Shown one piece after another: positions 25,303-33,131 of a stretch of 64,000 nucleotides of DNA. The position numbers and the translations under genes are program-made. Location of the stretch: IMG/VR virus record IMGVR_UViG_3300028577_000006, one strand, 5' to 3'. Position 1 is the stretch's first letter. The number at the start of each line of letters is the position of its first letter. The notes below the pieces were generated by a model. The model made no database searches. It had not been told where the DNA came from and worked only from the letters and a program-made list of their open reading frames with translations. This DNA comes from a virus. Lineage: Duplodnaviria > Heunggongvirae > Uroviricota > Caudoviricetes.

Positions 25303-25375
25303 TGGGAGCGACGGGACTTGAACCCGCATCGTGCGGATTAAAAGTCCGCTGTTCTGACCGTTGAACTACGCTCCC
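25303..25375 (-). tRNA. tRNA-Lys (anticodon UUU); T-loop TTCAAGT
   Basis: acceptor GGGAGCG/CGCTCCC, D GTTC-AACGGTCA-GAAC, anticodon stem GCGGA/TCCGC loop CTTTTAA. Confidence 0.85.
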
Positions 25376-25379
25376 GCTT

Positions 25380-25580
25380 CTACGCGGCAGCGCGTTTCTC
25401 CTCTCGCCCTTCGACGCCAAGGACCGTGCGACGGTCCACCGAGGACATGCCCGACCAGAGCGCGTCGAGTTCGTCCTGAAGCCGATCGGCTTCACTTTCC
25501 GCGCCCACATGCGTACGCGCGAGCTTCAGCTTCTCGCGGGTCCGTCGGTAACGCTCGATGATGTGGAAGCTCATGACCAT
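25380..25580 (-). CDS. small hypothetical protein (66 aa) between tRNA-Lys and tRNA-Tyr
   Basis: ORF fits exactly between two tRNAs; charged helical composition. Confidence 0.4.
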   Translation of the reverse strand: MVMSFHIIERYRRTREKLKLARTHVGAESEADRLQDELDALWSGMSSVDRRTVLGVEGREEKRAAA

Positions 25581-25591
25581 GTTCTCTCTGA

Positions 25592-25673
25592 TGCCGGCTA
25601 CTGGAATCGAACCAATGCACCCCGAAGGGAAGCGCGGTTACAGCGCGCAGAACGTCCATCGTTCACAACCGGC
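25592..25673 (-). tRNA. tRNA-Tyr (anticodon GUA), class II (bacterial type)
   Basis: D GAAC-GATGGAC-GTTC, anticodon stem GCGCG/CGCGC loop CTGTAAC, long extra arm TTCCC-TTCG-GGGTG. Confidence 0.85.
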
Positions 25674-25675
25674 AG

Positions 25676-25709
25676 AAACGAAAAAGGGCACTCGGTTTCC
25701 CGGGTGCCC
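25676..25709 (-). terminator. rho-independent terminator (GGGCAC-N12-GTGCCC then UUUUUCGUUUCU) immediately 5' of tRNA-Tyr
   Basis: 6-bp GC stem followed by U-tract on the - strand. Confidence 0.55.
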
Positions 25710-26085
25710 TCGTGGTTGCTGGACCTTTGTCCGTGCGTCCTACGAGGGCTTCCTGGGCTTCTCCTGATTCTGATGCGCGTAGAAGCCCGACCACGCGCAC
25801 ACGACTCCGCGATCGCTACCGAGTCGCGGCAGCGTCGTGGAAATCATGGTAGCGAAGGTCGTTGTCACGGAGGGTGGTTTCTCGTTCGGTGGAGCGTCGG
25901 CCCCGGTCTCATGTGTCTGACACATCGAAGGATGGCGGGTCAAGAAGAAAAAGCAGAGCAGGAAAAAATCGTGCGGAGACCTGCCTACATCGAAACCGAG
26001 GCCCGACGTGGTGAACGCCGGGCCTCGTGGGAACGCGGCGAACCTCGCCGCTGGAGATGATCATGCGCCGAAAACGACCGGCGCG

Positions 26086-26556
26086 CTACCGGCGCAGGTG
26101 ATTGCGGGACCACCACCGTTCTGACGGGAACTGCTCCTCGCAGATCTTCCACTGCTCCACGGCGTCGGTAATCCAGGCCTTCTTCTGCACGTCGTACAGA
26201 AAAAGTGGCTTCCGATTTCCGCGTGTGCACTTCGCCGCGAAGAGCACGTCCCGCCCTCGGCCGGCGTCTTCCGTGTCGAAGATGACGACGAGCTGATCGA
26301 CAGACTTCACGAAGGCGCGCGTCGGTTCACGACCTTCTTCCATCCACGTGTGCGCCTCTTCCCAAGGCGCGCGGAGAATCTCCGGCGGAGATTTGCAGAA
26401 GCGGCGCGCAGCATGCTCAACCAAGCGACCCGTCCCCCGCTGTCCGCGACTCACGATCGTGAGTGCCTCTCCGTGACGCTCTACCAGCCGCTGCACGCAG
26501 CGATCGAGCAGCGGCGCATCGTCGAACAGGCGCGATCCGATGACTCCGACGCGCAT
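26086..26556 (-). CDS. SLOG/DUF2493-like Rossmann-fold protein (YspA-related, tentative)
   Basis: MRVGVIGSRLF ... LTIVSRGQRGTG pattern. Confidence 0.45.
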   Translation of the reverse strand: MRVGVIGSRLFDDAPLLDRCVQRLVERHGEALTIVSRGQRGTGRLVEHAARRFCKSPPEILRAPWEEAHTWMEEGREPTRAFVKSVDQLVVIFDTEDAGRGRDVLFAAKCTRGNRKPLFLYDVQKKAWITDAVEQWKICEEQFPSERWWSRNHLRR

Positions 26557-26583
26557 CAGCCCCGACTTGCCGCGATCGGCTCG

Positions 26584-26808
26584 CTACACCTGACCACGGA
26601 ACACCACGCTGTACTTGGGCACGATGCGCTCGTCACCGATCTCCGCCGCGCTCGCGTGAGGCAGCCGAGTCGCCTCCAGAAACCGCACGCGGTAGTACTT
26701 GTTCGTCTCCCCAGTCACCTCGACTGAAACCGAACTTCGCCCCGACCATCCATCGAGACACATGCGAGCCGCCTTCGGCTCCATCTGCTTCACTTCCGAC
26801 TTCTTCAC
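26584..26808 (-). CDS. hypothetical protein
   Basis: ORF upstream of S24 peptidase. Confidence 0.4.
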   Translation of the reverse strand: MKKSEVKQMEPKAARMCLDGWSGRSSVSVEVTGETNKYYRVRFLEATRLPHASAAEIGDERIVPKYSVVFRGQV

Positions 26809-27135
26809 CTACGCCTCCACCTTCACCAAGCGTCCGTAGACCTGGGACCGATTCACCCAGCCGTTGAGCCTGCCATGATTGTTTCCAATCAGGAAGCCTC
26901 GGTTGAGGTCCACGGACTTCACGAGGTGGAGATAGTAGGACGAGCGGACGAAACAGAGAACGACGTCGTCGACCTCTGGATCGGCCACGAGAGGTTCGAC
27001 CGTACACAGCTGCCCAGACTTGATCCGGGGCGTCATCGAGTTGCCTCTGGGCCGGAACGAAACCGTCTCGCCGGCCACGAGCTTCTCGGCGTACGGCTTG
27101 GCCCAGCCATCCCTCACGCTCAGCCCTTCACGCAC
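26809..27135 (-). CDS. S24-family (LexA/UmuD-like) peptidase domain protein
   Basis: GNSMTPRIKSGQL matches the GDSMxP serine-nucleophile motif of S24 peptidases; no HTH domain. Confidence 0.6.
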   Translation of the reverse strand: MREGLSVRDGWAKPYAEKLVAGETVSFRPRGNSMTPRIKSGQLCTVEPLVADPEVDDVVLCFVRSSYYLHLVKSVDLNRGFLIGNNHGRLNGWVNRSQVYGRLVKVEA

Positions 27136-28283
27136 ATGATCTGCTTGAGCTTCTCGTGGATCGTCACGAGGTCAGCCTGGTTGGCCATGACCTGGTCGAT
27201 GTCCTTGTACGACATGGGGATCTCGTCGAGCACGCTGCTGTCCTTGCGGCACTCGACGCCCGCTGTCGCTGACGCAAGATCGTCGAGCGTGAACGTTCGC
27301 TTCGCTTCGCCGCGCGACATGCGGCGGCCGGCGCCGTGTGATGCCGAATGGAACGACTCCGGGTTGCCGAGGCCCTTCACGATGTACGAGCACGTTCCCA
27401 TCGAGCCCGGGATGATGCCCCACTCGCCTGCGCGCGCCGAGATCGCGCCCTTGCGTGTGACGATAACGTCCTCGCCGAAGTGGCACTCGTGGCTGACGTA
27501 GTTGTGGTGACAGGAGATCGGCTCGAAGAATGCCACTCCGGGTACCATCGAACGCAAAACATCCTGGTAGATGACAAGCATCACCTGACGATTCTCCTTC
27601 GCGTATCGCTGCGCCCATTCCAAATCGTGAACGTAGGCCGCCATCTCTGGCGTCTTCGAAAGAAACACGGCGAGATCACGGTCCGGAAGAAGGGCGTTGT
27701 GTGCGAGCTTCTTCGCTCGCTTGATGTGGATCTCGGCCAGGCACTTTCCGATGTTGCGTGAGCCCGAATGCAGCATCATCCACACGTGATCGTGTGAATC
27801 CAGGCACAGCTCGATGAAGTGGTTCCCGCCGCCGAGCGAGCCCATCTGCTTCATCGCCGTGCCGTACTTGTCCGCCACGCTCTCGTCAAGATCCTTGAAG
27901 CTCGCCCAGAGTGCCGACTTACGCGCGCTCTTGTGCATCGAGTCGTGTCCGTTCGGACCAAGCGGAATCACCTCTTCGATCTTCGACCGAAGATCTTTCA
28001 GCGAATCCGGAAGATGGTGCGACGTCATGTTGGTCTCGACCGCCAGCATGCCGCAGCCGATGTCAACTCCCACGGCAGCGGGCGAGAGCGCGTCCTTCAT
28101 CGCGATCACCGAGCCGACGGTCGCGCCCTTCCCGAGGTGCACGTCTGGCATGACCGCGACGTGCTTGAACGCCCACGGAAGCGCAGCGATGCCCTTCAGC
28201 TGATCGATCGCAGCCGACTCTACCTCGTGTCGGTTCGCCCACATCTTGATGGGAACCACCTTGCCCTGAAGCTCGTCGATCAT
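27120..28283 (-). CDS. rtcB: RNA-splicing ligase RtcB (3'-phosphate/5'-hydroxyl RNA ligase)
   Basis: 387 aa; metal-binding His/Cys-rich motifs (GGNHFIE, HSGSRN, AHNA) typical of RtcB. Confidence 0.9.
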   Translation of the reverse strand: MIDELQGKVVPIKMWANRHEVESAAIDQLKGIAALPWAFKHVAVMPDVHLGKGATVGSVIAMKDALSPAAVGVDIGCGMLAVETNMTSHHLPDSLKDLRSKIEEVIPLGPNGHDSMHKSARKSALWASFKDLDESVADKYGTAMKQMGSLGGGNHFIELCLDSHDHVWMMLHSGSRNIGKCLAEIHIKRAKKLAHNALLPDRDLAVFLSKTPEMAAYVHDLEWAQRYAKENRQVMLVIYQDVLRSMVPGVAFFEPISCHHNYVSHECHFGEDVIVTRKGAISARAGEWGIIPGSMGTCSYIVKGLGNPESFHSASHGAGRRMSRGEAKRTFTLDDLASATAGVECRKDSSVLDEIPMSYKDIDQVMANQADLVTIHEKLKQIMCVKG

Positions 28284-28306
28284 GACTCTCTCCCGCCTTC
28301 GTCGCC

Positions 28307-28549
28307 TCAGTTCGGATCGTTCGCTATCAACCAGTTCGCAAAACGCACGCCGTGCCCTTCCGTGCCACCGATTTCATCCACGATCTGCATGAAGCGCTGC
28401 GCTATTTCGTTGTGACGAACGACGTCTTCGATCGTCTGACCTTCCGCCATCAGCCAGCGCAGATACTGACCCAGCGAAACCTTGTCTGCCAAGTCCATCG
28501 TTACGTGCAGTGATTCCTTGTCTGCGCCTACGTCAATCTTAGCCCTCAT
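28307..28549 (-). CDS. small hypothetical protein (80 aa) upstream of rtcB
   Basis: internal ATG 28549 with SD AAGGTGG; upstream part of annotated ORF is Arg-rich. Confidence 0.45.
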   Translation of the reverse strand: MRAKIDVGADKESLHVTMDLADKVSLGQYLRWLMAEGQTIEDVVRHNEIAQRFMQIVDEIGGTEGHGVRFANWLIANDPN

Positions 28550-28560
28550 GCTGCCACCTT

Positions 28561-30543
28561 TCACGTCGACCTCCAAAAGATCTCCTGCGCCTCCACGCAA
28601 AGCTCGTTGAGCTTCGCCACGTCTGGCGCGTGCCGCAACGTTGACTCCTTGTACAGCGTCTGCATCTCTGCGTCCTGCTGTTCGGCCCACTCGACCAGCC
28701 TCTCGTACGGCCACTCGCCTGCGCGGATCGCGAGAAGCTCCTTCGCGTCCGGACGCCGCACGATGACACCTTGGCCCTCCAAGATCTCGCGACACATGCG
28801 CAAGAGTCTGACGAGGTGCATACCGTGTTTGGTGTTGCCGTGGATCGCGATCTTGCCTTCGCGCCGTGTCACCAGGATCTCGTTAGGCACCGTGAAGCAA
28901 ACGATTCTTGCGCCAGTCATCCGCAACAAGTCTAGTGACTGGCTGTCCGGAGCCAGACGCACGTGCGCCGCTATACGTCGGTCACCAACGTAGACCTGAT
29001 ACATGGGCCCTTTACCACCCTCGTAAACGTACGGCCCCCATACCTGCGACACGATGCCCGACGACACGCACATCACCTGGACATCATCAGCCAGTTGCTT
29101 CGACGAGGTGTAGTACACGCGGCTGTGTTCGCGTTCCGTGCCATCCCCGGCGACCATCACTTCCAGCAGCAAATCGACCTGTCGCCTGGAAAGCTCGCGC
29201 GTCCAGTCAGGCAACCGCAACGATGCAGATCCAACGCCACAGCACCGCTCGACCCAACCAGCCCGAGTGCGGTCAGCAATCGTCCACACGTGCTCATCGC
29301 ACGCAGCCGAACGGTGCTCGTCGGCTTGGTGCGTGTACGCGTACCTCCGGATGGCATCCGGAAACTTCACCATCAACCCGTCCATGTACGGCTGCTGACG
29401 GCCTCCGACCTTCTGCGAGATCCGCAGCACAGATGCGCTTCCGTCCGCCAGACGCTTACCCACGCACCCTTCGGTGACGTAACAGCCCAATAGAACAAGA
29501 TCGTCGTCTGACACCGGATACTCGACTTCGGTCGCATCAGCAGTCAGCCGCGTATGAAACCCGGACCGCCGATCGGCCAAGAGATCACGCAACGGCCGCA
29601 GCGTCCAATCGGCACGGTCCGCGGCGAACTCCCAAGAAAACCCGTTGGTTTTGCTGCGGTGTGCCGGCGACACCAACATTCGATGGTTCATGGTCACGGC
29701 ACAGTTGGAGTGCTGCGGATGCAAAACGGCGATCTCCCCGTCGAACGGCTTGGCCACGCGCTCGGTGAAGCCCTGGTACTCGATGCGACCCGTACGCGGA
29801 TTCAACGTTCCCACGCGCGCGTCGTCGGGGATGTCGTCATACCGCTTCCAGCCGCTTTCGGTCAGGAACTCGGTGTCGTCCAAGTAGCAGTCGTAGCCAT
29901 GCTGCGCTTCGAGCGCCGCGCGCTTCTGGTTCCGATCCGTCTTCCATCGCTCGTGCGAGTTCCACGCATCGAGCGCGGCCTTGTACTTCTTCTCCTTCGC
30001 CACGAGGTCCATGACGTTGGCGTCGCCGGCCATGCCTTCGGCGGCCATCTTGTCGAAGGCGCCCATCATGTCGGGCGTGATCTTCATCTCGGTGGAGAGG
30101 CCGTACTCCTTGCGCGTCGGCTTGTGGTCTGGCGGGTTGAGCAGGTAGCCACGATGCGTGCGGATCCGCTTCAGTTGGCTGACCGCATACCCGCTGAACG
30201 TGTGCCGCGCCTTCTTCGACAAGAAGAGGTCGCGGTTCTCACGGATCAGTCGTCCTGCCGGATGCTGGAAGAGCACGTCCGAGTCATCGACGAAGAGCAC
30301 CTCGATGATGTTCGGGTTGCAGTCGGCAGCCAGGTTGCAGAACTTCCGGATGTCGTAAACGACCTTGTCTTCCGGCTCCATCTGCTGGTGCTGCTCGAAG
30401 CTGTACGCGAAGCCCAGCACGAAGTTCTTCGGCGAGACCGCGAAACCCTTCGTGTCGATGTCCGACGTCGGCAAGCTGGTGCCGTACGCGTGGCTGCCGT
30501 GCCGCGCGAGGAAGACGGTGTGCTTGGCGATGTCGAAGTGCAT
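28561..30543 (-). CDS. Pol-beta-superfamily nucleotidyltransferase (RNA-repair-associated type) interrupted by an intein
   Basis: N-extein RHGSHAYGTSLPTSDIDTKG (GS..DxD NTase motif); intein CYLDDTEFLTESGW ... two LAGLIDADG blocks (LLGCYVTEG, LLLEVMVAGDG) ... VCFTVPNEILV...IAIHGN followed by Thr. Confidence 0.7.
   Translation of the reverse strand: MHFDIAKHTVFLARHGSHAYGTSLPTSDIDTKGFAVSPKNFVLGFAYSFEQHQQMEPEDKVVYDIRKFCNLAADCNPNIIEVLFVDDSDVLFQHPAGRLIRENRDLFLSKKARHTFSGYAVSQLKRIRTHRGYLLNPPDHKPTRKEYGLSTEMKITPDMMGAFDKMAAEGMAGDANVMDLVAKEKKYKAALDAWNSHERWKTDRNQKRAALEAQHGYDCYLDDTEFLTESGWKRYDDIPDDARVGTLNPRTGRIEYQGFTERVAKPFDGEIAVLHPQHSNCAVTMNHRMLVSPAHRSKTNGFSWEFAADRADWTLRPLRDLLADRRSGFHTRLTADATEVEYPVSDDDLVLLGCYVTEGCVGKRLADGSASVLRISQKVGGRQQPYMDGLMVKFPDAIRRYAYTHQADEHRSAACDEHVWTIADRTRAGWVERCCGVGSASLRLPDWTRELSRRQVDLLLEVMVAGDGTEREHSRVYYTSSKQLADDVQVMCVSSGIVSQVWGPYVYEGGKGPMYQVYVGDRRIAAHVRLAPDSQSLDLLRMTGARIVCFTVPNEILVTRREGKIAIHGNTKHGMHLVRLLRMCREILEGQGVIVRRPDAKELLAIRAGEWPYERLVEWAEQQDAEMQTLYKESTLRHAPDVAKLNELCVEAQEIFWRST
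28834..29889 (-). mobile_element. intein (~352 aa) with LAGLIDADG homing-endonuclease domain
   Basis: Cys1 block A, block F-like VCFTVPNEILV, C-terminal HGN then +1 Thr; two LAGLIDADG motifs. Confidence 0.65.
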
Positions 30544-30547
30544 GGCT

Positions 30548-31030
30548 CTAGCTCCAGTCGACTTGTAGGCCCCAGCAGGTCTTGACATCGTAGACCTTGC
30601 GAAGAGCAGAGAGTTCTTCGGGGAACTGCCCCTCGAACAACGCCATCTCCGCCTCACGGTCCACGCCGGCCAGATCTACGTGATGGCTCGCGCCTCTATC
30701 TCCGTTCAGCCTCAAGCCGACCGAGCCTCGGATGTTCGGTACGAAGTAGACGACGTCCTCGTCCTCGTCATCACGGATCGACGACAGGCGCTCGCTCTCG
30801 CCGAGCGCTTCGTGCGGCGACGGTCGACCCTTCACCAGCTTCGTCGTCTTGCCTGTCGCAGTGCCACACGTGGCGCAGAACGACGAGAGCGCAGCCTGCA
30901 TCCAGGTCTCGCGCTTCTTCCACTGCGCACACTTCGAGTTCGTGCACCCGTACACATCTACCTCGCGCTCGCTTGGCTCTGCGGTCGCCTCGGCATACGG
31001 CCCGACGTACATGCTCATGTAGAGACCCAT
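30548..31030 (-). CDS. hypothetical zinc-ribbon protein
   Basis: CTNSKC ... CATCG Cys pairs; start uncertain (GTG 31057 or ATG 31030). Confidence 0.4.
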   Translation of the reverse strand: MGLYMSMYVGPYAEATAEPSEREVDVYGCTNSKCAQWKKRETWMQAALSSFCATCGTATGKTTKLVKGRPSPHEALGESERLSSIRDDEDEDVVYFVPNIRGSVGLRLNGDRGASHHVDLAGVDREAEMALFEGQFPEELSALRKVYDVKTCWGLQVDWS

Positions 31031-31031
31031 G

Positions 31032-31499
31032 TCACTCCACCTCCGTGAGCTGGGCACGACGTCGTGCCTGCTTCACCCTCTCGACCGCCTGTGCCAACTG
31101 TCGCTGCGTCGCTGCGTCTTTCACCGGGAGCGGTCCCGCAGACAGCGCCTTCGCCTCCGATGGACCGTAGCCCTTGTAGCGCACGCCCCGGCCACGCACG
31201 CGATGACCCTTCTGCTCTGGAAGCTGCGTGAACCACGCCGGCTTCACCATGCCGAGCTTGTGGGCAACCGCGAGAGCGCGCTTCGGGCTGATGCCGTGTA
31301 GCTCCAAGAGCTTGCTCGAAGCCTCTTGATACGCCTCGGTCGCCGCTCGTTCCTCGGGCGTCTGACGCGTCAGCCACCAGTTCGCCGGAGGGCATGCCGC
31401 ATCGAGAGCGTCCGCGTGCGCATAGAGTCGCTCGACCTCCTGCTGGAGGCCGGCCACTCTCTGCGCGCCGCGTAGCTTCCGTACGAGCGGCTTCATCAC
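31032..31499 (-). CDS. hypothetical protein
   Basis: ORF; alternative frames in the same region are Arg-rich artifacts. Confidence 0.4.
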   Translation of the reverse strand: MMKPLVRKLRGAQRVAGLQQEVERLYAHADALDAACPPANWWLTRQTPEERAATEAYQEASSKLLELHGISPKRALAVAHKLGMVKPAWFTQLPEQKGHRVRGRGVRYKGYGPSEAKALSAGPLPVKDAATQRQLAQAVERVKQARRRAQLTEVE

Positions 31500-32467
31500 T
31501 ACTGGCTCGGACTGTCGGTGGGCAACACCACTCGGATCTGCTGTGCCGCAGAGGTCGGCACGAAGATCGTACGCGTCGTCGTGCTCGACACCACCGCTCT
31601 GAACGCATCGATGCGGCGCGCTTCGAGGACCGCCGGAGACAACGAAGCCGTCTGTAGACGTGCCGCATCAGCTTCGCCTTGTGCTCGAATGCGCAGAGCG
31701 TCGGCCTCGCCCTGCGCTCGGATGATCGCCTGCTGCGCGACGTCACGCGCTTCGGTCTGAGCGCGCTCTGACTCGGCCTGCGCCGTCAGCAGCTGCTGCT
31801 GGCGCTGCGCAGTCTCCTGTCGCTGCTGCTGCACGGCTGCGATGGACTGATCGAGAGACGCCGGAAGATCGATCGCCTGAAGCAAGATGTTCTCGACGAT
31901 GACAGCGCCAGGAGAGATGGAGCGGCTTCGCAACGCATCCTCCACGCGCGCGAGAACAAGGAACTCCATCCGATGCTGAAGATCTGCGCGCTGATCGATG
32001 AGGTTCACGGCGGTGAACTCGCTCGCGGCGTCGCGCACAGCGGTTCTCACGATCGGATGAATGATCGTGTCCGCATACGCTGAGCCGTAGGCCGAAAAGA
32101 CCTGCGGCGCGAAAGCCGGCGCCAGGTGGTACTGCACCGTGCAGCTGAGCGTCACCGCAAGCTGGTCGCGTGCGAGCACTTCGACTGCGGCGCCACGTTC
32201 GACCGTGCTCTCCACGCCGCCCTGCGCATCCGGCGTTCCGGAGTTGCCCATCTCGTAGGCCTGCGTGCGCGTGGACATGGTCTCCACGTGCATCCCGAAC
32301 ATGGGCGTCCAGTGGAAGCCGGGCGGATAGATCCAGTCGTGCACCTGCCCCCACTCGACCGCGACGCCCACTTCACCAGGATCGACCTGGCTCGTGCATC
32401 CGCATCCGACCGCCAAGCTGGACAGCACAACCACGAACAGAACCAGAACGGAAAATCTCATCTTCAT
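31499..32467 (-). CDS. SPFH/band-7 (prohibitin/HflK-like) domain lipoprotein
   Basis: signal peptide with lipobox LAVGC; SPFH-like core; C-terminal coiled-coil with AQGEADALRIRAQGEADAARL repeat. Confidence 0.65.
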   Translation of the reverse strand: MKMRFSVLVLFVVVLSSLAVGCGCTSQVDPGEVGVAVEWGQVHDWIYPPGFHWTPMFGMHVETMSTRTQAYEMGNSGTPDAQGGVESTVERGAAVEVLARDQLAVTLSCTVQYHLAPAFAPQVFSAYGSAYADTIIHPIVRTAVRDAASEFTAVNLIDQRADLQHRMEFLVLARVEDALRSRSISPGAVIVENILLQAIDLPASLDQSIAAVQQQRQETAQRQQQLLTAQAESERAQTEARDVAQQAIIRAQGEADALRIRAQGEADAARLQTASLSPAVLEARRIDAFRAVVSSTTTRTIFVPTSAAQQIRVVLPTDSPSQ

Positions 32468-32475
32468 GATCTCGA

Positions 32476-32700
32476 CTACCTCTTGGTGTTCACACGCAGG
32501 TCATCACGAGTGGAAAGCTCGTTCAGAAGTTCTTCCGTCGGCGCCTTTTCCAGCGCCTCGGCGACACGCGTGTTCACGAGCGCCTGCTTCACGCTGGCAT
32601 CACGCATGGCGAGGTACCTCCGCCAGAGCCAGCTCGCGACGAGTGCGACCAGGGCTCCGGCGAGCATGCCGGCGAAGAAGATCGATTCGATTCGAATCAT
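32476..32700 (-). CDS. small membrane protein
   Basis: N-terminal TM IFFAGMLAGALVALVASWLW. Confidence 0.4.
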   Translation of the reverse strand: MIRIESIFFAGMLAGALVALVASWLWRRYLAMRDASVKQALVNTRVAEALEKAPTEELLNELSTRDDLRVNTKR

Positions 32701-32918
32701 GGGGCCTTACCTTCTGATGCGAGAACCTCGCGCAGGCGCTCTACAGCGAGATCCCAGTTCATATCCGCGTAGTCCGGCACGCCGCCCGTGGGTGACCGGC
32801 TGCGGTTGATGATGTCGTCGGCTTCGACAACACCGCGACATGCGAGTACGAGAGCATCTGCCTGCTCTTGCGTCATGACGAGCCCGCCAGACGCAGGTCG
32901 GCCAGCTTCGTACGACAC
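32697..32918 (-). CDS. hypothetical protein
   Basis: ATGA-coupled ORF. Confidence 0.35.
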   Translation of the reverse strand: MSYEAGRPASGGLVMTQEQADALVLACRGVVEADDIINRSRSPTGGVPDYADMNWDLAVERLREVLASEGKAP

Positions 32919-33058
32919 TCCACTTCGTACTCGTGCAGACCGTCACGCTGCGCGCAGCGGATGTCGACTTCGAGATCTGCGATCTCCGCCGCCAACAGCT
33001 CCGCAGCCGTGTACCGATGCGGTCGCACGTACCGCTTCCTCGTCGCCATGACCACCAC
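32873..33058 (-). CDS. hypothetical protein
   Basis: short ORF. Confidence 0.3.
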   Translation of the reverse strand: MVVMATRKRYVRPHRYTAAELLAAEIADLEVDIRCAQRDGLHEYEVECRTKLADLRLAGSS

Positions 33059-33131
33059 TCCACTCTGCGCGCTTGATGGCGCGCTTCACCCAGCGGGCAG
33101 GAGTGTGTCGCAAGCGCCGCAGATCGTCAAG

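Noticed and set aside
25911-25925. 15-bp palindrome ATGTGTCTGACACAT as an operator
   Set aside because: Single occurrence in a 370-nt intergenic region; no second site or adjacent regulator, so not called.
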